Shown here one piece after another: positions 48,006 to 55,500 of a DNA stretch of 64,000 bases; the first letter of the stretch is position 1, and each line of letters begins with the position of its first letter. The translations under genes and the position numbers were made by a program. Location: positions 9,032-73,031 of the forward strand of contig DGTR01000020.1 of assembly GCA_002394395.1 (NCBI GenBank). The letters are read 5' to 3'. Under the pieces are notes generated by a model. It had not been told where the DNA came from and searched no databases. It worked only from the letters and a program-made list of their open reading frames with translations. This stretch comes from Bacteroidales bacterium UBA4331. Lineage in GTDB: Bacteria > Bacteroidota > Bacteroidia > Bacteroidales > Paludibacteraceae.

Positions 48006-48302
48006 TCATAAATTATACCTCTTTCTCTCCCCTTCGTCTAACAAAATGTTTAGTTCCAAAGAGTACACCTCATGTGTGTATGTTTCCGTGTCTGTATTAT
48101 GAATACTCTTATACACAATAGTGTTCTCATTTTTACAATGAGGACATTCAATCTTTTGCATGATACCAGTCTCTGGATAGCCGGACTTACTATCACCGGC
48201 TTCCATCTCAACAGCGTGCTCCCACTCTAAATCCTCAGTCGCGACATCAAACATTCGTCCGCATTTCGCGCATTTGATCTTATTTATCACTTGTCTTCCC
48301 AT
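48006..48302 (-). CDS. small zinc-ribbon hypothetical protein
   Basis: 98 aa; CAKCG ... CPHCK (CxxC x41 CxxC). Confidence 0.45.
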   Translation of the reverse strand: MGRQVINKIKCAKCGRMFDVATEDLEWEHAVEMEAGDSKSGYPETGIMQKIECPHCKNENTIVYKSIHNTDTETYTHEVYSLELNILLDEGERKRYNL

Positions 48303-48537
48303 AATCGTTTCCTTCCTTTTATATGTTTATCTTATCAGATTTCTTCTCCATTCATTATCCCGGAATCTTATTCCGCTTTTTTTGAGCCCCGTTTTTTTTA
48401 TTGGTCTGATGGTGTCTGATACGAATCTCGGACGCTCGTCGGAGTTGCATGCTATCATACCACCTTATATATACTATGTATATATCCCGTGATTCTCATT
48501 CTTTCATCCTTTCAATCCTTCATTCTGATACTCTTTT

Positions 48538-48721
48538 ACTTGTTCCTTTTGGACTTAGCCTGTTCCTTTTTTGCCGGCCTGTTCCTTTTTTCACGCTCCA
48601 TCACTCAAAAGCCTGTTCCTTTTTTCAACTCTCCCACGCTCTTAAAACTTTCACTTCATCTTCTTCCAGCCTGTTCCTTTTTTTACAATCTGACCGTTTC
48701 TACACAGCCTGTTCCTTTTTT
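48538..48721. repeat. six same-orientation copies of AGCCTGTTCCTTTTTT with irregular spacing
   Basis: Copies start at 48538 (variant), 48557, 48576, 48610, 48668 and 48706. The last one overlaps the final codons (KKEQA) of the decayed wHTH ORF. Confidence 0.9.
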
Positions 48722-48975
48722 GAAAGTTCTTCTAAATACTCCAAACCTTTTGCAGTTAATCTATAGGCTTGTTCAGGAATACTTGGATGTTCGGGACATT
48801 GCATCGTCACCAAACCTCTTGCTGTCGCCGGCTTCATATAATTGTCATAAAAGTTCCTGCGAGACTCTTGCCGTAAGCCCAGCGCAGCCATCAATTAACG
48901 TCTCGAATGTGCCTCTCTCCCAATTACCACCACCAATTTCTGCACTCTCTCCTCTATTTTAACTTTTGTATTCAT
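48700..48975 (-). pseudogene. remnant of the C-terminal winged-helix region of an AAA/AlbA_2-type 'putative transcriptional regulator', interrupted by an in-frame TAA
   Basis: ATG 48975 gives MNTKVKIEERVQKLVVVIGREAHSRR, then TAA (48895-48897), then in the same frame LMAALGLRQESRRNFYDNYMKPATARGLVTM...YRLTAKGLEYL. This resembles the C-terminal ~90 aa of much longer Bacteroides proteins. Confidence 0.5.
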
Positions 48976-48980
48976 ATTCC

Positions 48981-49034
48981 AGCCTGTTCTTTTTTTTCAG
49001 CCTATTCCTTTTCGGACTAAGCTTGTGTCTGTTT
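48981..49034. repeat. ~50-nt module: two CCTGTTCC-type motifs plus GGACTAAGCTTGTGTCT
   Basis: Aligns with 49384-49437 with a few mismatches; lies immediately upstream (minus strand) of ATG 48975. Confidence 0.85.
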
Positions 49035-49067
49035 CCAACTCAACTTCGAGGTTCTTACCTTCCAATC

Positions 49068-49111
49068 GTTAGTTATTAGTTAGATATTCGTTCGTTATTC
49101 GTTAGATATTC
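49068..49111. repeat. tandem 11-mer GTTAGATATTC x4, second locus of the 14677 family
   Basis: Units at 49068, 49079, 49090 and 49101. Confidence 0.95.
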
Positions 49112-49162
49112 AGCTACCCACAGACTACCGTCACCTACCCCATTCAACGCAAAAATTGGCTT

Positions 49163-49226
49163 TGCACTTTTTGCACTTTCTGCACTTTTGCAAAAAATGT
49201 CGTGTCGCTTTGTCGCTTTGTCGCTT
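49163..49226. repeat. tandem TGCACTTTY x3, then tandem TGTCGCTT x3
   Basis: 49163-49189 and 49203-49226, counted directly. Confidence 0.95.
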
Positions 49227-49249
49227 TTCTTTTTTTGTGCGTGAGACTG

Positions 49250-49320
49250 TTGAAACTTTGAGACTTTCGCACATATCTCTCTCATTTACAAGCTCTTACA
49301 AAGTCTCATCAAAGTTTCAA
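49250..49320. repeat. imperfect inverted repeat TTGAAACTTTGAGACTTT / AAAGTCTCA(TC)AAAGTTTCAA
   Basis: Arms at 49250-49267 and 49300-49320. The outer arms TGTCGCTTTGTCGC (49203-49224) and GCGACATAGCGACAT (49350-49364) are also complementary. Confidence 0.8.
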
Positions 49321-49383
49321 AGTTCCATCTTTTTTTCTTCTTTTCAATAGCGACATAGCGACATTATTTATGTTCTTTTATCC

Positions 49384-49437
49384 AGCCTGTTCCTTTTTTC
49401 TGCCTGTTCCTTTTCAGACTAAGCTTATGTCTTTTTT
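49384..49437. repeat. ~50-nt module, second copy (see 48981-49034)
   Basis: AGCCTGTTCCTTTTTTCTGCCTGTTCCTTTTCAGACTAAGCTTATGTCTTTTTT. Confidence 0.85.
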
Positions 49438-49744
49438 ATCTACCTTGTGTCTTTTTTACCCAAAACCTCTCTCAAGAACAGTTTCAGGAGTTGGTTATGT
49501 TCTGTTTTGCCTTTTCTCGGGAGATGATCCCGTGATGGTCGCGTTAAAATGTCTATTTTTTCCGCTTATACATAAAAAGAAAAAAGGCAAAACCCATTTT
49601 GGTATTACCTCTTCTTTACGCAGTCACCCATTCTGCATTGCTGTACTCAGCATTGCGGGATATAAATAAGAAATATGTAGTAGCTTTCGTCATGCGCAAA
49701 AGTAGTGTCTTAACCGTTGGTACTTCTGTTTCAAAAAAGCGTTG

Positions 49745-49752
49745 CAAAGGTA
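49745..49752 (-). promoter_or_regulatory. orphan -7 box TACCTTTG pointing into the repeat-rich non-coding region
   Basis: Same GCAAAGGTAC + T-run context as the rplS, pnp and acid phosphatase promoters; a second box TACTTTTG lies at 49696-49703. Confidence 0.5.
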
Positions 49753-49859
49753 CAATTTTTTTTTGAATTGCGCAATAGTCAGAGAGCTTTTTTTTGAAAA
49801 ATTTACGATTTGTCTAATTTATTTAACAAATTAGCGGTTTTTTGGTACTTTTAACTATG

Positions 49860-51914
49860 TTAATCTTGCAACGTCTGGAGCTTGTTCTGCATCTCCAACA
49901 TTTCGTCCCGAAGCCGTGCAGCCATCTCAAAATCAGTAGCTTTCGCCGCTGCGAGCATCTGTTTGCGTTTGTTATCTATCGCTTTCTGCAAGGTCTGCAC
50001 ATTCATCTTCTGCCACTCGGCAGTCTTCCAACTCTCGCGGATCGCTTCTTCTACCTTCCGTTTCTCCGCCTCCGGGTCCTTGTAGAGCGATGCGAGGGCC
50101 GAAGTGTTGATCTCTTTCTTAATCGCCGTCGGCGTGATGCCATGCTCGGCGTTATACCGCATCTGGATGGTTCGGCGGCGGTTGGTCTCATCGATGGTGG
50201 CCTGCATTGCCGGCGTGATCTTATCGCCGTAGAGGATCGCCTTGCCGTTCACATGCCGCGCAGCACGACCTACCGTCTGTGTCAGACTTCGCTGGTCACG
50301 CAGGAATCCGGACTTATCCGCATCGAGAATCGCCACGAGCGACACCTCCGGCAGATCGAGTCCCTCACGCAGCAGGTTCACACCCACCAAGACGTCATAC
50401 TCGCCTTTGCGCAAGTCCTCCATGATCTTCACGCGCTCGATAGTATCTATATCCGAATGGATATAGGCAGACTTGACTCCATAGCGACGGAGGTACTCAT
50501 CCAACTCCTCCGCCATCCTTTTTGTCAGCGTCGTGACGAGGATACGTTCGTTGCGATGAATTCGGAAACGTATCTCGTCCATGAGGTCGTCCACCTGGTT
50601 CTCTGTCGGTCTCACTTCAATCTCCGGATCCAGCAGACCTGTCGGCCGGATGAGCTGGTCGATGACGATTCCTTCGCTCTTATTCAGTTCGTACTCATCC
50701 GGCGTCGCAGAAACGAAGATGGTGGCCCCTTGCCGGCCTTCCCCTTGAGGGGAAGGAGTTAATCCCACTTTCGCCTCGAACTCATCGAATTTCAGCGGTC
50801 GGTTGTCGCGCGCCGCAGGAAGCCTGAATCCGTAGTTGACAAGGTTTTCCTTACGGGCTTTATCACCTCCGTACATACCCCGGATTTGCGGAACGGTCAC
50901 ATGGCTCTCGTCGATGACAAGAAGCATATCTTTCGGGAAATAATCGAGCAGACAATACGGCGGCGTGCCTTCTTCACGGCCGTCAAAATAGCGGCTGTAG
51001 TTCTCCACTCCGGAGCAATAACCGAGTTCGTCCAGCATCTCCAGATCATACTTCACGCGCTCCTCTATACGCTTTGCGTATAACTCTTCGCCGATGGAGA
51101 TGAAATACTCAATCTGCTTCGCCAAGTCGGCTTTGATCTGTTCTTTCGCTGCAGCAATACGATCTGCGGAAGTCAAGAAGATCGTCGCCGGCGAGAGGTT
51201 ATAGGAGTCGAACTCCTCCAACACCTGTCCGGAGATCGGATCGACCGTCAGGATAGCGTCTATCTCATTGCCGAAAAACTCCACCCGCACAAGATAATCC
51301 GCGTACGCCAGCGCAATATCGACGGTATCTCCCTTGACGCGGAATCGTCCGCGCGCGAGTTCTATATCGTTACGCGTGTATTGCGCGCCCACGAGCGATT
51401 TTAATAAGGTGTCCATCTGGATCTTCTCTCCGCGACGAAGGGAAACGACATTCGCCGTGAAATCCTGCGGACTGCCCAAACCATAGATACAGCTGACCGA
51501 AGAGACGATGATCACATCTTTCCGTCCGCTCAACAACGCCGCTACGGCAGAGAGCCGCAGTCGGTCGATCTCCTCGTTGATCGAGAGGTCCTTCTCGATA
51601 TATAGATCGGTCGAAGGGATATACGCCTCGGGCTGGTAGTAGTCATAATAACTCACGAAATACTCCACCGCATTATGCGGAAAGAACGCCTTCATCTCCG
51701 AGTACAACTGCGCTGCGAGGGTCTTGTTATGGCTCATGATGAGCGTCGGCCGGTTCAGTTCCTTAATGACATTCGCTACCGTGAACGTCTTTCCCGAACC
51801 GGTCACACCCAAAAGCACCTGCGCAGGAGCACCGGCTTTGATTCCTTCGACTAAGGCCTCAATCGCTTGCGGCTGATCGCCCGTCGGCTTATATGGAGAT
51901 TCTAATTGAAACAA
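49860..51914 (-). CDS. uvrB: excinuclease ABC subunit B
   Basis: 684 aa; YKPTGDQPQAI, GVTGSGKT, helicase motifs and C-terminal UVR domain; apparent TTG start. Confidence 0.95.
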   Translation of the reverse strand: MFQLESPYKPTGDQPQAIEALVEGIKAGAPAQVLLGVTGSGKTFTVANVIKELNRPTLIMSHNKTLAAQLYSEMKAFFPHNAVEYFVSYYDYYQPEAYIPSTDLYIEKDLSINEEIDRLRLSAVAALLSGRKDVIIVSSVSCIYGLGSPQDFTANVVSLRRGEKIQMDTLLKSLVGAQYTRNDIELARGRFRVKGDTVDIALAYADYLVRVEFFGNEIDAILTVDPISGQVLEEFDSYNLSPATIFLTSADRIAAAKEQIKADLAKQIEYFISIGEELYAKRIEERVKYDLEMLDELGYCSGVENYSRYFDGREEGTPPYCLLDYFPKDMLLVIDESHVTVPQIRGMYGGDKARKENLVNYGFRLPAARDNRPLKFDEFEAKVGLTPSPQGEGRQGATIFVSATPDEYELNKSEGIVIDQLIRPTGLLDPEIEVRPTENQVDDLMDEIRFRIHRNERILVTTLTKRMAEELDEYLRRYGVKSAYIHSDIDTIERVKIMEDLRKGEYDVLVGVNLLREGLDLPEVSLVAILDADKSGFLRDQRSLTQTVGRAARHVNGKAILYGDKITPAMQATIDETNRRRTIQMRYNAEHGITPTAIKKEINTSALASLYKDPEAEKRKVEEAIRESWKTAEWQKMNVQTLQKAIDNKRKQMLAAAKATDFEMAARLRDEMLEMQNKLQTLQD
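50737..50756. repeat. GC-rich hairpin CCTTCCCC-N4-GGGGAAGG, copy 3 (inside uvrB)
   Basis: Stem 50737-50744 / 50749-50756; minus-strand context CTCCTTCCCCTCAAGGGGAAGGCCGG. Confidence 0.9.
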
Positions 51915-51932
51915 ACTTTCAAACTTTCAAAC
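51913..51932. repeat. tandem octamer AAACTTTC x2.5 overlapping the uvrB start codon
   Basis: Units 51913-51920 and 51921-51928, partial 51929-51932. Confidence 0.9.
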
Positions 51933-51960
51933 AAAAAAGGGATCTCTGACGAGACCCCTT
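51931..51960 (-). terminator. rho-independent terminator after rplS
   Basis: Minus strand AAGGGGTCTC-GTCA-GAGATCCCTT followed by TTTTTTG. Confidence 0.7.
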
Positions 51961-51965
51961 TGAGC

Positions 51966-52319
51966 TTACTTAACGCGGCGCTCTTGAATGCGGGCTTTCT
52001 TACCCGTACGCTCGCGGAGGTAATACAGTTTCGAACGACGTACTTTACCGTACTTGTTCACTGTAATGCTCTCGATGAAGGGGCTGTCCATCGGGAAGAT
52101 ACGCTCTACACCAACGTTGCCGCTCATCTTACGAACCGTAAAGCGTTTCTTGTCGCCGCTACCGTGAATGCAGATGACATCACCGCGGAACTCCTGAACA
52201 CGCTCTTTGTTACCCTCTTTAATACGATAACCGATGGTTACCTGATCGCCGGCCTTGAATGCCGGGAACTCTTTTTTCTCGCCGGCAAATGCTTGCTCAG
52301 CTACTTTAATCAAATCCAT
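51966..52319 (-). CDS. rplS: 50S ribosomal protein L19
   Basis: 117 aa; FKAGDQV...IQEFRGDVI...RKMS.GVGVERIFP. Confidence 0.95.
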   Translation of the reverse strand: MDLIKVAEQAFAGEKKEFPAFKAGDQVTIGYRIKEGNKERVQEFRGDVICIHGSGDKKRFTVRKMSGNVGVERIFPMDSPFIESITVNKYGKVRRSKLYYLRERTGKKARIQERRVK

Positions 52320-52434
52320 TCTCGTTTCTTTTTTATGGATTCATACTAATCCTAATAAGCATATACTACTATTCGGACGAACCTAATGCAATCGCCAGAG
52401 GCTTACTACGATGCTTTTCACGCAAAAAAGCGTG

Positions 52435-52442
52435 CAAAGGTA
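52435..52442 (-). promoter_or_regulatory. -7 box TACCTTTG upstream of rplS (about 110-nt leader)
   Basis: TAnnTTTG match; ATG at 52319. Confidence 0.55.
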
Positions 52443-52536
52443 CTGCTTTTTTATGAAACTACCAAATATTTTTGCAAAAAAATACAAAAAAAATTGAAAA
52501 AATGGCATTTTATTTGTGTAAATCAAAAAATAGTAG

Positions 52537-52544
52537 TAATTTTG
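52537..52544 (+). promoter_or_regulatory. -7 box TAATTTTG upstream of tamB
   Basis: TAnnTTTG match about 33 nt before ATG 52577. Confidence 0.55.
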
Positions 52545-52576
52545 TAGGCTAATTATACGCACACCTGCATACGCAC

Positions 52577-55500
52577 ATGAAACGTTTTCTATACATATTA
52601 GGGGTTCTGCTTGTCAGTTTGGTACTGGTGAGCGGGATGTTAGTATGTGTATTGATGAGCGATGAAGTGGAGACCGCAGCGGTTCGTTTGGTAACAGCAG
52701 AGTTGTCGAATATCTTAGGAACCGACGCACATGTAGGCGCAGTAGAATACCGATTCCCGGCAAAGATTGCGATTAAAGATGTATATTTGGAGGACCAACA
52801 GGGCGACACCTTGGGATATATTGGTGAGTTGAACGGTCATTTTGCACCTTTGGCATTGCGGAAAGGCGAGATTCGATTCAGCCATGTGCGGCTGCGGGAC
52901 GTAGTTGCGAATATATACCAGGTAGAAAGCGAAGGGGCGAAAGTATGGAACTACCAGTTCCTCGTCGATGCATTCAAGAGCAAGAACAAAAAGAAGAGCG
53001 ATCCGCTCCAGAGTCTGATAACCGTGCGCGACGTGCAACTCGATAACATCCGTGTGCGGTACGAAGATTACAAGGCCTTATTGAGCCACGCGGAGATGGA
53101 TCTGCATGGACTGAGCGCGGACAAGTTCGACGCGGAGATAAGCCGGATGGCGATGGTGGTGAAGAAGTATTCTGCTTTCAGCAATCAGTATTCAGAAATG
53201 GAGGTGGAGAATCTAAAGGCACATGTCATCCTGACGGACAGCCTGATCCAGATACCAACGATGATGGCTAAACTGCCACAATCGAAATTAGAGTTAAGCA
53301 GTATAGAGATCGCGATGGCGGATAAGGAGCTGCGGTTGATTTCGCCGTTTAAGATCGATGCGCAGTTGGTACCGACGGATGTGCGGTTGGTCGTTCCTCG
53401 ATTCAGCGGTTTCAAACGGACTATCGCTCTGTCGGGCGAGTTGGACGGCCGGTTAGACTCTTTGTCGGTTCGTCAGATGGAGTTGCGGTATAACGGTCTG
53501 ACGATCCTGGAAGGCGACATCGCAGCAATCGGTCTGACGAAGACCGAGAACCCGTATCTACGCGCCAACCTCACGGATCTGCGGGCATCAGCAGCGCAAA
53601 TACAGGATTTCCTGTCGCAGTTCTACGGCAAGCCTGTCAAACTGCCGGCAGAGGTACATCGTTTGGGAACGATCCATTACCGCGGTCTGGCAGAAGGAGA
53701 GTTGCGGGAGATGACGCTTCATGGCGCCTTCCGCACGGCGTTAGGCGCAATCACGACGGATGGTACGCTGCGTAGCGACTCAGCCTTTGACCATATGGAA
53801 TACGATGCGCAAGTTGAAGGAAGAAACTTCCGTTTGGGACATCTGTTAGCCAACTCCCAGATAGGAACCGTGACACTGGAGGTAGCGTCCAAAGGAAGAG
53901 TGGATAAAGGTCAGGTACACGGCGACGTGAAGGCGCATGTACGCAAACTGACGTACAATAACTACACTTATGCTGACATACATCTGGACGGCACGTACGC
54001 ACCGAAACGGTATGAGGGTTCCGCGTGGATACGTGACCCGCATCTAAACGCCTCTTTCGACGGTGTCGTGGATCTGCATGATATCAATCCGGAGATTAAT
54101 TGTAAGTTGCAATGCAAGCATTTCGACTCCGCCCCATTAGGATCGAAACTATTAGGTGACCAACTGCGCACACGGTTCACCGTCGAGGTCGATCTAAGCG
54201 GCGCGAAGGCGGATGAGATAAGCGGCTATCTGGAGATAGACTCCCTGTTCCTCGCCACAGCCCGCGACTCGGCGACGATGCAACAGATGGTGTTGATTGT
54301 GGAAGCCGACGGCGAACGGGACAAGTCCATCTCGCTCACGACGGACTACCTGCAAGCCCAATTGGACGGTTCGTTCCGCTACGGAGATATCGTCCCTGCC
54401 GCTCAGGCGATGATGCATCATTACCTGCCGACTGCGGTAAAAGCGCCCGAGAAGAGCTGGCAACCGGTAGAGTTCGAGATACGAGCAGACGGAGAACGGC
54501 TGCGAGACGTACAGCGGCTCTTCAATGCCCCGTTGACGTTAAGCGACCACCCTACTCTTCATGCCGAAGGACAGATAGAGGAGGACGAAGAGCCTTGGTT
54601 CGCGATGCGGTTCTTTGCGCCGGGTGTACGTGCCGGCAACACGCCTGTTCATGACCTAACGATCACGCTGAACACAATCGACACGTTGCGTCATACACAA
54701 GAAGCGGGGTCGGGGCTGGCGTTGAGCGTATCTGCGGAGGCAATGCAGATGCACACAGTGATCTCCACGTTGGCGTTCCGGGACACCTTACTGACCCAGA
54801 TCACACTTCGACAGCAGGCGCAAATGAACGAGTTGCTGCCGGAAGGATGGGAAAGTCTCACGCCACGGGAGTTACAACGTGCGTTGAGCGACGACCTCTC
54901 CAATGCAGAGCGGCATAAAGCACTATTGGCGGCGCAACGGGCAGGAGACTACGGCGGGGATCTGAAATTCATCACCCATTTCTCAAAATATAACCACAAG
55001 CCGTTGATAGATTTACATTTCCTGCCTGGCACGTTATTGTTGCGCGACTCGATCTATTCGTTAGGCGAGAGTTATCTGACCTACTGCGCAGCGGACACAA
55101 CGGTGCAAGTAGAGCAGTTCTCGTTTGAGGGCGGCGGACAGCATATCCGCGCTAACGGTCTGGCATCCCGGCGAAGCAGAGACACACTGCATGTCGATCT
55201 GCAGAAGATTGATGCATCCTACGTCGTGCCGTTCTTGCTGCCGGTGCAGACAATCATGTTCAATGGTCTGTTGACCGGGCAAGCGAGCATCTCCGGGGTA
55301 TTCAAGAAAGCTAAAGTGGATACGCAGATACATATCGACTCGATGGGTCTGAATAACTGCTGGTTCGGCGATGCAGAGGTCGCCTTGCATATCACCGACA
55401 GCCTCGCTTTCCACGCAGATGTCTATCGACCGGATCGGAAAGTAGTGGATCTGAAGGGCAAGGCACTTTTCGACGGCAGCGGTGTATGGGAGTTGGATAT

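Noticed and set aside
48449-48962. Plus-strand ORFs of 105 and 157 aa, plus ORFs 49156-49350 and 49370-49669
   Set aside because: They are Phe/Leu/Ser-rich low-complexity translations of T-rich repeat DNA. I see no start context, no promoter in the plus orientation and no motif.
49076-49285. 69-aa minus-strand ORF (…KKKSDKATKRHDIFCKSAESAKSAKP…)
   Set aside because: The sequence is dictated by the TGTCGCTT, TGCACTTTY and GTTAGATATTC tandem repeats, so it is most likely non-coding.
48538-49414. Possible CRISPR array
   Set aside because: The repeat unit is only about 16 nt. Spacing is irregular (3-42 nt spacers within clusters, and hundreds between clusters). There is no cas gene in the window and no dyad symmetry in the repeat.
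47334-49860. tRNA, tmRNA or an integrase-associated att site at the island border
   Set aside because: I scanned by eye for a T-loop (GGTTCGAATCC-like) and a cloverleaf and found none. No integrase or transposase ORF lies anywhere in the window, so mobility of the island cannot be supported.
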